Of a DNA stretch of 64,000 nt, positions 1-9,732 are shown piece after piece (positions within the stretch are counted from its first letter, which is position 1; every line of letters begins with the position of its first letter). A model generated the notes under the pieces. That model was given only the letters and a program-made list of their open reading frames with translations. It did not search any database and was not told the DNA's origin. Position numbers and translations under genes: made by a program. This DNA is from Gammaproteobacteria bacterium (lineage in GTDB: Bacteria > Pseudomonadota > Gammaproteobacteria > Poriferisulfidales > GCA-002705445), in assembly GCA_018674175.1 (NCBI GenBank), contig JABHAT010000016.1:1463-65462 (forward strand), given 5' to 3'.

Positions 1-322
1 AATAACTGCTTACGTCGGAATACTTTATCTCAGGATCTTTTGAATTATTACTTGTCACCGCAAATGACATATCACTCTTATCGATATCTATATTGAGCGT
101 ATTTAGCATTTTTGTGAAGTTAGGGTAGTTCTGCTTATTAAATACTATGAACCCTGTATCTACATTGATTTGGATATTTTTTTGATATTCAATATTTAGT
201 GTTCTTGTATGACCACCAAGATAGTTTTCCTTTTCAAATAACGTTATTTCATAGTCTTTATGAAGTAAATAGGCGGCATACAAACCTGATATACCAGAAC
301 CTATAATTGCTATCTTTTTCAT
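1..322 (-). CDS. FAD/NAD(P)-binding oxidoreductase, N-terminal part (gene runs off the window start)
   Basis: Not in the ORF track because it is truncated. Reverse-strand ATG at 320-322, then MKKIAIIGSGISGLYAAYLLHKDYEITLFEKENYLGGH. This is a GxGxxG Rossmann dinucleotide-binding N-terminus of the amine-oxidase/COG2907 type. Confidence 0.6.
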   Translation of the reverse strand, partial: MKKIAIIGSGISGLYAAYLLHKDYEITLFEKENYLGGHTRTLNIEYQKNIQINVDTGFIVFNKQNYPNFTKMLNTLNIDIDKSDMSFAVTSNNSKDPEIKYSDVSSY

Positions 323-372
323 TGCCTATCCATAAGACTTCGTATAATCATTATTATGTTAAATAATAACAA

Positions 373-1152
373 TTATCCATAAGTATTAGTTAAAGAACCA
401 ATAGAATCAATCTCAATAGTTACTTTGGAGCCCTTTTCCATAGGTCCTAATCCAAGTGATGTGCCAACACAAATAACATCACCAGCATAAAGAGTCATAT
501 TTTGAGATAAATACATAACAATTTCTTCAGTAGTAAACATCATATCGCTTACAGGATAGTCTTGCTTAACATCAGAATCATTAATAATAGTTTTAATTTT
601 AAGATCTTTAGATTCTAGACCAGTAGATATACATGGCCCAAAAACACCAAAATTATCAAAACCTTTACATCTTGTCCATTGGTCAAAATTAGGGTCATTT
701 TTAAGTAATCCAAACGCTGTAACATCATTTATGCATGTGTAGCCAAAAATAGCGTTCTTAGCATCAGATGTATTATCTAAATCTTTCGCAGTGCTTCCGA
801 TAACTATTCCTAACTCACCTTCAAAGAAAACATCTCCATCATAATTTGTTGGATGCTCAATGTGATCATTTGGGCCAGCAAATGAGGTTGGAGATTTAAA
901 AATATATAGAGGTTTGTCTGGGTAGCTCAAGCCTTTTTCATCAGCTAGCGCTTTGTAATTGTTCCATAGGGCAATCATCTTTGAAGGTTTGCATGGTGAT
1001 AGCATTTTTATATCGTTTACTGCTAGAACTTCATTAGTTTCTGTGTATGCCCCAAACATATCTCCGTTACATACAGTAACAGTTTTATTATCGCTAGATA
1101 ACTTCCCAAACTTTATATCACCGTTGTGATCGAATCTTGACCATTTTTCCAT
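373..1152 (-). CDS. Fumarylacetoacetate hydrolase (FAH) family protein
   Basis: 259 aa. Contains GELGIVIG, INDVTA and a C-terminal GDVICVGTSLGLGP, typical of FAH-fold hydratases/isomerases. Its start overlaps the dusA stop by 40 nt. Confidence 0.75.
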   Translation of the reverse strand: MEKWSRFDHNGDIKFGKLSSDNKTVTVCNGDMFGAYTETNEVLAVNDIKMLSPCKPSKMIALWNNYKALADEKGLSYPDKPLYIFKSPTSFAGPNDHIEHPTNYDGDVFFEGELGIVIGSTAKDLDNTSDAKNAIFGYTCINDVTAFGLLKNDPNFDQWTRCKGFDNFGVFGPCISTGLESKDLKIKTIINDSDVKQDYPVSDMMFTTEEIVMYLSQNMTLYAGDVICVGTSLGLGPMEKGSKVTIEIDSIGSLTNTYG

Positions 1153-2129
1153 AAATCCTCCTTAAATATTAATTCTTCTAATTTTTTTACAGGTTCCTTC
1201 TCATAATTTAGCTCGTGACACATATAAGCTCTTGTATGCTTAGATCCAATATAGCCCTTGAATATACACGATAAATGCTTAGTGAAATCAGTAATTTTCA
1301 CATCACTATTAAAATGTTTCTCAATATAGTTAAAATATTTTTCAAGTATAACTTCTTTTTTTAAACTTTTTTCATTATGAAGTAAAATATCTATATCATT
1401 TAATAAAAATGGATTATTGCAAACTGCCCTACCAATCATAACTCCATCAACATATTTCAAATGCTTCATAGCGTCAACTGGATTGTTTATTTCTCCATTC
1501 ACAATAATTTTTAAATCTGGGAACATATCTTTAATTTTATAAACTCTTTCATAATTTATTGGCGGAATTGATCTATTTTTTCTAGGGTTTATTCCTTTTT
1601 TTAGAATTGCTTTTCTTGCGTGTAGGTGAAATATTTCAACGCCTTCTTTAGAAACAGTATTAATAAAATTTTCTAAATATTTGATATCATCATGGTTATC
1701 TATACCTAATCTTGTTTTTACAGTAATTGGTAAATCTGTAACTTTTGAAATTTTATTAACGCACCTTGCCACTAGATCTGGCTGATCAAATAAACATGCC
1801 CCAAAATTTCCTGACTGCGCCCTTTTGCTTGGGCATCCAATATTTAAATTAATTTCATTATAACCGAAAGATTCAACAATTTTTGCACATTCCGCTAGTT
1901 GATCTGGGTTATCACCGCCAAGTTGAAAGCCTACTGGTCCGTCTTCAATATGTTCTAATTTATTAAGTTTCTTTGATTTATTATGAAGTATTGCATTTGA
2001 CGCAACCATCTCTGTGTAAAGCATTGTCTGCTTTGATATTAATCTCAATAAATATCGAAAATGCATATCTGTATGCCCCATCATTGGAGCTACACATAAT
2101 TTGTACGGATTATTGTTCATCATAGTCAT
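1113..2129 (-). CDS. dusA: tRNA-dihydrouridine synthase A
   Basis: 338 aa. N-terminal CVAPMMGHTDMHFRYLLR and NLNIGCP with the TIM-barrel Dus pattern match DusA. Confidence 0.9.
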   Translation of the reverse strand: MTMMNNNPYKLCVAPMMGHTDMHFRYLLRLISKQTMLYTEMVASNAILHNKSKKLNKLEHIEDGPVGFQLGGDNPDQLAECAKIVESFGYNEINLNIGCPSKRAQSGNFGACLFDQPDLVARCVNKISKVTDLPITVKTRLGIDNHDDIKYLENFINTVSKEGVEIFHLHARKAILKKGINPRKNRSIPPINYERVYKIKDMFPDLKIIVNGEINNPVDAMKHLKYVDGVMIGRAVCNNPFLLNDIDILLHNEKSLKKEVILEKYFNYIEKHFNSDVKITDFTKHLSCIFKGYIGSKHTRAYMCHELNYEKEPVKKLEELIFKEDLWKNGQDSITTVI

Positions 2130-2179
2130 AACGTCATTAGTAGTTTATTATATAGCTCTTTTAGGAAAAACATATAATC

Positions 2180-3103
2180 ATGGATTCATCAGCTCTAGTT
2201 ATAAATAATTTAACAAAAACTTATTCTAATGGACTTAAGGCTCTTCATGGAATTAATTTAGAAATTCCTCATGGAGATTTTTTTGCTTTACTCGGTCCAA
2301 ATGGTGCTGGAAAATCAACAACAATCGGAATAATAACATCGCTAATTAAAAAAACTAGCGGTGATATTAAAATATATGGAATTGACATAGACAAAGATTT
2401 TGTTAAAGCTAAAACGTATATAGGTTTAGTTCCACAAGAGATAAACTTTAATACTTTTGAGCCTATTAGCGAAATTATTACAAATCAAGCTGGTTATTAC
2501 GGTGTCACTAGAGAAGTTGCACTGCCTGAGGCTGAAAAACTTCTTAAGAAATTAAATTTATGGGATAAGAGAGATCAATACTCAAGAAATTTATCTGGCG
2601 GTATGCAGAGAAGATTGATGGTTGCAAGAGCACTAATACACAAACCAAAGCTACTAATACTTGATGAACCAACCGCTGGTGCAGACGTTGAAGTTAGACG
2701 TTTAATGTGGGATTACCTGAAATTTTTAAATGAGAACGGAACGACTATAATTCTAACTACGCATTATTTAGAAGAAGCTGAACACTTATGTAAAAATATA
2801 GCAATTATTGATGATGGTAAAATTTTAGAAAACTCTAGTATGAAAAATTTTCTTAGTCAACTTAAGAATGAAAAATTTATTCTTTACACGCAAGAAAAAG
2901 TTTCTAAAAATTTAACTTTAGAAAGTAGAAATCTTAATATTATTGATGACCATACAATAGAAGTTTCTATCTCGGAAGATTCTGATATAAATTCGTTAAT
3001 ACAAGATCTCTCTATTAAGGGAATAAAAGTTAAATCTTTAAAAAATAAAACAAGCAGATTAGAAGAATTATTTATGAGGCTAGTTGATAAAAATGGGAAG
3101 TAA
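2180..3103 (+). CDS. ABC transporter ATP-binding protein (ABC-2/YadG-like)
   Basis: Walker A GPNGAGKST, signature LSGGMQRR, Walker B LLILDEPT. Translationally overlapped with the downstream permease. Confidence 0.9.
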   Translation: MDSSALVINNLTKTYSNGLKALHGINLEIPHGDFFALLGPNGAGKSTTIGIITSLIKKTSGDIKIYGIDIDKDFVKAKTYIGLVPQEINFNTFEPISEIITNQAGYYGVTREVALPEAEKLLKKLNLWDKRDQYSRNLSGGMQRRLMVARALIHKPKLLILDEPTAGADVEVRRLMWDYLKFLNENGTTIILTTHYLEEAEHLCKNIAIIDDGKILENSSMKNFLSQLKNEKFILYTQEKVSKNLTLESRNLNIIDDHTIEVSISEDSDINSLIQDLSIKGIKVKSLKNKTSRLEELFMRLVDKNGK

Positions 3104-3872
3104 TTTAAATATACAGGCAGTTGCCTATAAAACTATTGTGAGAAAAGAAGTTTTAAGGTTTTCTAGAATCTGGAAACAAACTTTAATACCTCCAGTTATT
3201 ACAAATATTTTATATTTTATAATTTTTGGAAATCTAATTGGTGATAGAATTGGGGAAATAGAATCATTTAGTTATACCGATTTTATATTCCCAGGCTTAT
3301 TACTTATGTCTGTAATTACACACTCATATACAAATACAGTTTCTTCACTATATATTTCTAAATACCATAGATATATTGAAGAGTTACTGGTATCCCCTAT
3401 TCAAAATTACACGATCCTTGCAGGATTTATAACTGGTGGTGTAATAAGAGGATTATCGGTAGGTGTAGTTGTGATTTTAGCGGCGCAATTTTTTGTGACA
3501 TTTACTGTTCATAATATATTTTTAATGTTGGTTGTTATATTTTTATCCTCAACTTTGTTTTCAATGTGTGGTTTTTTAAATGGTCTATTTGCAAATGATT
3601 GGGATGATATAAATGTTATCCCAACGTTTATTATGACACCCTTAACTTACTTAGGTGGTATATTTTTCTCAATATCAATGTTGCCAGGTATCTGGCAAGA
3701 GATTGCTCTAATAAATCCAATTTTATATTTAATAAATGCCTTAAGATTTTCAATGCTTGGTATAACAGATGTAAGTATTATGATCGCATTCTCTATAATT
3801 TTATTATTCAATATAGTTCTTGCGTCCCTATGTTTGTATTTTTTAAATATAGGCAAAGGCCTTAGAACTTAG
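3084..3872 (+). CDS. ABC-2 type transporter permease (YadH-like)
   Basis: 262 aa with about 6 hydrophobic segments. Overlaps the upstream ATPase gene by 20 nt, the usual yadG-yadH arrangement. Confidence 0.8.
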   Translation: MIKMGSNLNIQAVAYKTIVRKEVLRFSRIWKQTLIPPVITNILYFIIFGNLIGDRIGEIESFSYTDFIFPGLLLMSVITHSYTNTVSSLYISKYHRYIEELLVSPIQNYTILAGFITGGVIRGLSVGVVVILAAQFFVTFTVHNIFLMLVVIFLSSTLFSMCGFLNGLFANDWDDINVIPTFIMTPLTYLGGIFFSISMLPGIWQEIALINPILYLINALRFSMLGITDVSIMIAFSIILLFNIVLASLCLYFLNIGKGLRT

Positions 3873-3880
3873 TTAATTTT

Positions 3881-4459
3881 ATGAATAAAGAGGAAACAAT
3901 TTTAGATCAAATATGGGATGAACTGGCTGCAAGTTTAGAAGTTGGGGGTCATCCTTTTCATATTTTTTCAATATCGACTATATTCAATAATAAACCTGAC
4001 TCAAGAAATGTAGTTCTACGCAATGTTAATAGAAATAATAAATCCGTAACATTTCATACAGATACAAGGTCTAATAAGATATCACAAATTAAAAATGACA
4101 ATAATGTTTGCGCCTTATTTTACGATTCAGCTAAAAAAATTCAAATTAGAGCATACGGCTCTATTAGTATAGAAACTGATGAGTTGCTAATTAAAGACAG
4201 ATGGAAACAATCTAAAAAAATGAGTAAATTGTGTTATCTTCATAAATCAGCTCCAGGAAAAAAAATAGATAATGCAAAAGATTATTTGTATGATGAAGAC
4301 GATTTACAAGATATAGAAGTGGGAATAAAAAATTTCTCCGTTATAAATATAAAATTCAATAAGATCGATTGGTTAAATTTAAGTCACAAAGGTCATGAGA
4401 GGATAATTATTAATTTTACTAATGGAGATAATATTAAATTTGAATGGGTAGCTCCATAA
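3881..4459 (+). CDS. Pyridoxamine 5'-phosphate oxidase-like FMN-binding protein
   Basis: 192 aa. The PDSRNVVLRNV...VTFHTDTRSNKISQI...ALFYD pattern resembles the PNPOx split-barrel family. Confidence 0.55.
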   Translation: MNKEETILDQIWDELAASLEVGGHPFHIFSISTIFNNKPDSRNVVLRNVNRNNKSVTFHTDTRSNKISQIKNDNNVCALFYDSAKKIQIRAYGSISIETDELLIKDRWKQSKKMSKLCYLHKSAPGKKIDNAKDYLYDEDDLQDIEVGIKNFSVINIKFNKIDWLNLSHKGHERIIINFTNGDNIKFEWVAP

Positions 4460-4486
4460 AGTATAATATAAAAAAATATAATTATT

Positions 4487-5044
4487 ATGAAAGCATTAGA
4501 TAATATTTTAACTAGAACATCATCATCTATTCTAAAGGCACCTTGTCCGAGCGAGGAAGAAATGAATCTAGTTTATAAAGCAGCATTAAGAGCTCCTGAT
4601 CACAAATGGTTAAGACCTTCTAGATTTATTCAAATAACTGGGGAAGGACTTGATAAGCTTTCTGATATATTTTTTAATTTTGGAAAAAATCACGTAAAAA
4701 ACATCTCAAAAGAAAAGCTTAAGAAATATAAAAGTATTCCCTATAGAGCGCCTATGATTATAGTTTTAGTTTCCAATATAACTAAACATCCTTCGGTTCC
4801 AGATCACGAACAAATGTTTACAACAGCTGCAGCTGCACAAAATATACTTCTTGCGCTTCATGCTTTAAATTATAGTGGTATATGGAGAACTGGTGTTTTT
4901 GCTATGAATCAAGAAATAGAAAAGTCATTTGGCCTAGGTAGTAATCAAAAAATCTTAGGTTATCTTTATGTAGGCACTCCTGATGGGAAAATTAAAAAAA
5001 TTCCACCCTTGGACATAAAAGATTTCATTACAAAAATAGAATAA
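4487..5044 (+). CDS. Nitroreductase family protein (YdjA-like)
   Basis: 185 aa. RAPDHKWLRPSRFI and AAAQNILLALHALNYSGIW match the small NAD(P)H nitroreductase family. Confidence 0.75.
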   Translation: MKALDNILTRTSSSILKAPCPSEEEMNLVYKAALRAPDHKWLRPSRFIQITGEGLDKLSDIFFNFGKNHVKNISKEKLKKYKSIPYRAPMIIVLVSNITKHPSVPDHEQMFTTAAAAQNILLALHALNYSGIWRTGVFAMNQEIEKSFGLGSNQKILGYLYVGTPDGKIKKIPPLDIKDFITKIE

Positions 5045-5057
5045 TATAAGCTTTTAT

Positions 5058-5297
5058 TTAGTACCACCATTTTTTAGATATTATTCCCCTTAATGCCCAA
5101 AAAAATACATATACTGATGTGCCTATAATAGCTAGTTTGCCAACTTGGAGAATTTTGTATTCATCCATTTGACCAGAAATATTAGATAAAGAAAATATTG
5201 TTAAAAACAAAAATACTGTTAACCAAGCTGTTGCAAGCCAAAATAGTCCTTCAAGAATTGTATTTAATAAGTCTTTATCCATAACATAGGATATCAT
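5058..5297 (-). CDS. Small membrane protein, unknown function
   Basis: 79 aa with two clear hydrophobic helices. No recognisable family. Confidence 0.4.
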   Translation of the reverse strand: MISYVMDKDLLNTILEGLFWLATAWLTVFLFLTIFSLSNISGQMDEYKILQVGKLAIIGTSVYVFFWALRGIISKKWWY

Positions 5298-5331
5298 GTT
5301 AAAATCTTACAAACTATAAAGGAGTTATAAA

Positions 5332-5541
5332 ATGACTGATGACATATGTAAAAAAGATATTAGAGGATTATTAAAAACTTTTGGAGTAATGGCTGATGAA
5401 GCTATTGTAGGACATATTGCTAAAAACCCTAATGTAAATTCACTTAATTTTAAAGTTACTCTTGAAGATATTACTGAGTACGAGGATTCTAATACTGAAA
5501 AGTTAAGTCTTGAAATAACTAAAAGTATTAACTGTAATTAA
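5332..5541 (+). CDS. Hypothetical small soluble protein
   Basis: 69 aa. Good Shine-Dalgarno (AAGGAG) 7 nt upstream of the ATG. No family recognised. Confidence 0.5.
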   Translation: MTDDICKKDIRGLLKTFGVMADEAIVGHIAKNPNVNSLNFKVTLEDITEYEDSNTEKLSLEITKSINCN

Positions 5542-5543
5542 TT

Positions 5544-6419
5544 TTATTTACTAATATTTTTTAAAAATTCTAGAGTCACTTCTTGGATTTTATTATTGTG
5601 CATGAGTCCATGCCCTTTTGATAATTGTGTCCCATCATCTATAACTATTGATTTACTTAGAGGGTTTTTATTAATAAATTGGCCGCAATGACCCTTTAAT
5701 ACGTCTAATTGAAACCATGGATCGTATTTTGCTACTAAAGATAACACAGGCTCGTTATATGGTGTGTTAAGACCTTTGTACTCATCCCAACCAGCATTGC
5801 ATGTCCACCCTTCGATTATTCTTCCGTTTATACTTGACTCAATATTTTTTGGATAGTACGTAGCTGCTGTTATGCCGCCCTCACTTAAGCCAACTAAAAA
5901 TATATTACTATTATCGGTCCAATCGAGTTCTTTTGCTCTTAAAATTGTATTTTCAGCATCAATTTGCCTAATTTTTAAGACACTTCTATATAAGCCTCCC
6001 CTTTGGATAGAAGTATCACATGATTGAGCATATTTTTTTCTAGCCATACTTGGTGGAGCTATAACTGCATATCCGTTTTTAGCATAAAAATCTATCCTTT
6101 TAGCGGTACCTGCCCAATGACCAGCACAGCCATGCATGTAAATAATTGTTTTAAACTTACCTTTTAGAAAACCTTTATTCTCCTTAAGATCATCCATAGA
6201 CCCCCTATAAATATCACCATTACCAAGAGGTATTCTTACTAACGCATTTATCCATGGAAGATTAACTTCTTCCTTTAGACGAAAACTTTTCTCATGCATA
6301 TCAGCCTTATCAGTGAAAACTTTTGTTGAGTTATGAAAGTCTGAATAAAAATTATTATAGTAAGAACTTGAATAGGCAGCAGCACTTAAAAATATTGAAA
6401 AAATTATATATCTATACAT
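5544..6419 (-). CDS. Secreted alpha/beta hydrolase (dienelactone-hydrolase-like)
   Basis: 291 aa. Hydrophobic N-terminal signal-like segment (IIFSIFLSAAAYS), nucleophile elbow GLSEGG, C-terminal His (GHGLMH). Confidence 0.6.
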   Translation of the reverse strand: MYRYIIFSIFLSAAAYSSSYYNNFYSDFHNSTKVFTDKADMHEKSFRLKEEVNLPWINALVRIPLGNGDIYRGSMDDLKENKGFLKGKFKTIIYMHGCAGHWAGTAKRIDFYAKNGYAVIAPPSMARKKYAQSCDTSIQRGGLYRSVLKIRQIDAENTILRAKELDWTDNSNIFLVGLSEGGITAATYYPKNIESSINGRIIEGWTCNAGWDEYKGLNTPYNEPVLSLVAKYDPWFQLDVLKGHCGQFINKNPLSKSIVIDDGTQLSKGHGLMHNNKIQEVTLEFLKNISK

Positions 6420-6463
6420 AACAGTATATTAAATAACTCTATAACTTATGTATACTAAAAAAC

Positions 6464-6889
6464 ATGAATCTAGAAAAATACCCTCATACAGACGAAGAAA
6501 TTAATATATGGAATAGTTACTTAAACAGAAGTAAAATTTTCCCAATAGAATTATTGATAAATAAGAATAATAAAAATTTTATTAATCTTCAAAAGATATT
6601 TGAAACTCTTAAGTTGGATAAGGTAAAGCCAAAAGTTTTTATAGAATCATATATAAATGCAAAAACAAAAAATAATATGAATCATTTTGTTAAAATTATG
6701 ACAAATCTATTTATATCTCACAAAGTTAATAAATCACTTAGCGAAGGACAATCAATTAAGTCCGCTCGGACACAAACAGTTGCGCGCTTATTATGCTTAT
6801 CTTTTAATGACCCTAATAAGACTGGGGAAGAAAATTTTAAAGATATGAAAAAAATTGTAAGGGCATGTACAAAAGATATTCGCGTTTAG
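6464..6889 (+). CDS. Hypothetical protein
   Basis: 141 aa, Lys/Asn-rich. No motif recognised. Confidence 0.4.
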   Translation: MNLEKYPHTDEEINIWNSYLNRSKIFPIELLINKNNKNFINLQKIFETLKLDKVKPKVFIESYINAKTKNNMNHFVKIMTNLFISHKVNKSLSEGQSIKSARTQTVARLLCLSFNDPNKTGEENFKDMKKIVRACTKDIRV

Positions 6890-6950
6890 TTATACATATA
6901 ATTATTTTTTTTATGTAGTACTATGATAAAAATTTATTTAGGACTACCTT

Positions 6951-7241
6951 ATGAAGCAACTTGTTAATACCATGAACTGGATCAAAAAAGATTATGCCTC
7001 GCACCCTTTTCGTTTTACGATTGAATTTATTGCTTGGCTAATTACAATTGGTTGTTCTGTTGTGATGGCAATGACAGTTCCTAACCCACCTCTTTTTGAA
7101 CTTTACATGGTCTGGATTTTTGGCTGCGTTCTTTATACTTGGGCAGCTTGGACTAGAGGATCTTTTGGAATGCTAGCAAATTACGTAGCCCTTACATTAA
7201 TTGATAGTGTAGGCTTATATAGAATAATAATTACAGGATAG
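6951..7241 (+). CDS. Small 3-TM membrane protein, unknown function
   Basis: 96 aa with three hydrophobic helices, Trp-rich. Locally higher GC than its neighbours suggests a constrained coding sequence. Confidence 0.5.
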   Translation: MKQLVNTMNWIKKDYASHPFRFTIEFIAWLITIGCSVVMAMTVPNPPLFELYMVWIFGCVLYTWAAWTRGSFGMLANYVALTLIDSVGLYRIIITG

Positions 7242-7572
7242 TATTAATAAGCTCTGGAGGTCTTCCAACTATAGCTTTAGTTTCAGTAACAAGTATAGGT
7301 CTCTCAATAAGGATAGGATTTTCTACTAAAGTTTCTATAATTTCTTTATCAGACATACTACTAAGATCTAAGTCTTTTTCTTTAATAATTTTTTCTTTTT
7401 TTCTAACTAGGTCTATTGGTTTAATTTTTAGCTTATCAATAATTTGAACTAATTCTGTAAACGTTATTTTTTCAGATAAATACAATTTTATTTTATAATT
7501 ATGAGCGCTTTCCTCAACAATTTTGAGTCCTTCTCGAGATTTGCTGCATTTTGGGTTGTGATAATAAATCAT
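7231..7572 (-). CDS. arsC: ArsC-family reductase (arsenate reductase/Spx-fold)
   Basis: 113 aa. N-terminal IYYHNPKCSKSREGL and C-terminal LIERPILV...GRPPE match glutaredoxin-type ArsC. Confidence 0.75.
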   Translation of the reverse strand: MIYYHNPKCSKSREGLKIVEESAHNYKIKLYLSEKITFTELVQIIDKLKIKPIDLVRKKEKIIKEKDLDLSSMSDKEIIETLVENPILIERPILVTETKAIVGRPPELINTIL

Positions 7573-7593
7573 TTTTTCCTCTATAAAAAATTA

Positions 7594-8112
7594 TCAATAT
7601 TTTTTTATTGAAAAAATATTGCTATCTATTAAATTACTTCCATTTAGCTCAAGAAGCTCTATTAAAACAAAGCAGCCTATTACTTTTGCCTTAGCTTTAT
7701 TTATTAATGATTCTGCGCACGCTAAAGAACCACCTGTAGCTATGAGATCATCGATAATAATAACTTTTTTATTGGCAATATTCTTGGATTTCTGTATCGA
7801 TAGTTTTGATTGCCCATACTCTAGAGAATAGCTTTTTTCTATTAAGTCACCAGGAAGTTTGCCTGGTTTTCTAATCATAAGAGAGCCAATACCAAGCCTA
7901 CTTGCTAATAATGTAGAAAAAAGAAACCCTCTTGATTCAATTCCAGCTATTAAGTCAACATCTAGATCTAATGCCTTAGTAGCAAAAATATCTATAACTT
8001 TTGTCATTGCATGATGGTTTAGTAATAAAGGGCTAATATCTTTGAAAAGGATACCTTTTTTTGGAAAATCTTTAGTATTACTTATATAATTGTCTAAATC
8101 AAAATCACTCAT
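7594..8112 (-). CDS. apt: Adenine phosphoribosyltransferase
   Basis: 172 aa. PRPP-binding motif VIIIDDLIATGGS and FKDISPLL. Confidence 0.9.
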   Translation of the reverse strand: MSDFDLDNYISNTKDFPKKGILFKDISPLLLNHHAMTKVIDIFATKALDLDVDLIAGIESRGFLFSTLLASRLGIGSLMIRKPGKLPGDLIEKSYSLEYGQSKLSIQKSKNIANKKVIIIDDLIATGGSLACAESLINKAKAKVIGCFVLIELLELNGSNLIDSNIFSIKKY

Positions 8113-8161
8113 AATTTAAAATACTAGAGATGTTTGGTTTGTGACTCCAATTTTATACAAA

Positions 8162-8237
8162 GTGGCGTCCCCAAGGGGAGTCGAACCCCTGTTGCCGAGA
8201 TGAAAACCCGGTGTCCTAGGCCTCTAGACGATGGGGA
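8162..8237 (-). tRNA. tRNA-Glu (anticodon UUC)
   Basis: The reverse complement reads GTCCCCATCGTCTAGAGGCCTAGGACACCGGGTTTTCATCTCGGCAACAGGGGTTCGACTCCCCTTGGGGACGCCA. It is near-identical in layout to E. coli tRNA-Glu. Anticodon stem CCGGG/CTCGG, loop TTTTCAT gives UUC. The 3' CCA is encoded. Confidence 0.9.
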
Positions 8238-8278
8238 CCCTAGAAAGTGTGAGATTTTGTAGTGGAATGGTCGTAATG

Positions 8279-9664
8279 TCAAGTAATCAAAATTTTAGCA
8301 GCTGAAAACCTTTTTATACAAGATTCTTTCCCAAGTAAATATATTGTGATGTCTATAGATGGTGACGACAACGACCCTGTTAAAGCTAATCTTGTTGGTT
8401 TAGCAAAATTAGGAAGATCTAGCTCAAGAGCATGCATAACTGTATCAATAACTTCTTTCACATTAATTAAAGTCCATTCTTCAACATTACTTAAATTTTC
8501 AGATAGCCTATCAAATATACTTTCGTTGTTTTTAATAAAAAATTTACTAGCTAATTTCTTATCAATATCAAAAATATCAGATAAAAAGAACTGACTTTCT
8601 TCAATAATCTCTTTAATTGTTTTACATCTGTCTCTTTGCGCTTCAATTATTTCAATAACTTTTACCTCACTGAAGTCTTTAAAGTCATCAGTTAAATGCA
8701 TAAATTCTTTATATAAATCATGTATTTCTAGTTCTTTTATAAAATATTTATTAAAAGAATAAAGCTTTTTGTAGTCAAATATTGAAGCCGATTTATTTAA
8801 ACCCTTAAGATTGAATAAGTTTACAAGTTCTTCTAGCGTGAATTTTTCTTTATCCCCTTCTGCCCAACCTAACCTCGCTAAGTAATTAATTATAGATATT
8901 GGCAGAATGCCTTCACTCCTAAAGTCATATGTGCTTGTGGCCCCATGTCTCTTCGATAACCTTTTTCTATCTTCACCCATTATTAACGGTATGTGCGTAT
9001 ATGTAGGCGTTTTATAACCTAATGCTTTCATCATATGGACTTGTCTATATGTGTTATTCAGATGATCATCTCCTCTTATAACGTTAGTAATGCCCATTTC
9101 CACATCATCTACGACAACTGTTAAGTTATATGTAGGACTTCCGTCTGCTCTTTGTATAATTAAGTCATCTAATTCTTTATTATTTACTGTAACAGGACCT
9201 TTTAAAGTGTCATTAAGTGTAATCTCACCATCTAAAGGAGTTTTAAAACGTACAACCGTATCTGCTGATTTTTCTAAGGACTTATCTCTATTTCTTCCAT
9301 CATATTTTGGCTTCAAACCTAGTTTTTGTTGCTCAGACCTAAGTTTATCCAAATCTTCTTTTGAGCAGTTGCAGTAATATGCGTTGCCAGATTCAAGAAG
9401 GTTATTTATGGCTTCTTTATATTTATCTACTCTATCGCTTTGATATATAAGACTGTCATCATGATTGATTCCAAGCCAATCTAAAGACTCAAGTATACTT
9501 TCCACATATTTAGCTTCAGATCTAGCTTTATCAGTATCTTCAATTCTGAGTAAAAATTTCCCACCTTGATTTTTGGCATATAGCCAATTAAATAAAGCTG
9601 TTCTAGCCCCGCCAATATGTAAATTACCTGTGGGACTGGGTGCAAATCTAGTTATAACCATCAT
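8279..9664 (-). CDS. gltX: Glutamyl-tRNA synthetase
   Basis: 461 aa. HIGH motif PSPTGNLHIGG and KMSKS-type motif RLSKRHG. Confidence 0.95.
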   Translation of the reverse strand: MMVITRFAPSPTGNLHIGGARTALFNWLYAKNQGGKFLLRIEDTDKARSEAKYVESILESLDWLGINHDDSLIYQSDRVDKYKEAINNLLESGNAYYCNCSKEDLDKLRSEQQKLGLKPKYDGRNRDKSLEKSADTVVRFKTPLDGEITLNDTLKGPVTVNNKELDDLIIQRADGSPTYNLTVVVDDVEMGITNVIRGDDHLNNTYRQVHMMKALGYKTPTYTHIPLIMGEDRKRLSKRHGATSTYDFRSEGILPISIINYLARLGWAEGDKEKFTLEELVNLFNLKGLNKSASIFDYKKLYSFNKYFIKELEIHDLYKEFMHLTDDFKDFSEVKVIEIIEAQRDRCKTIKEIIEESQFFLSDIFDIDKKLASKFFIKNNESIFDRLSENLSNVEEWTLINVKEVIDTVMHALELDLPNFAKPTRLALTGSLSSPSIDITIYLLGKESCIKRFSAAKILIT

Positions 9665-9732
9665 TATTACCTTGAAAAATGAGCGTAAGAGCTGTATTTT
9701 AATTCGTTTCGAATATAGACTGCAATCATATT

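Noticed and set aside
1113-2129. dusA as a known integration hotspot for integrative elements.
   Set aside because: The dusA 5' end abuts a divergent ABC transporter 50 nt away. There is no integrase, direct repeat or foreign gene block.
8113-8278. tRNA-Glu as an anchor for a genomic island.
   Set aside because: The flanks are gltX and apt, with gaps of only 41 and 49 nt. There is no integrase and no duplicated tRNA 3' segment.
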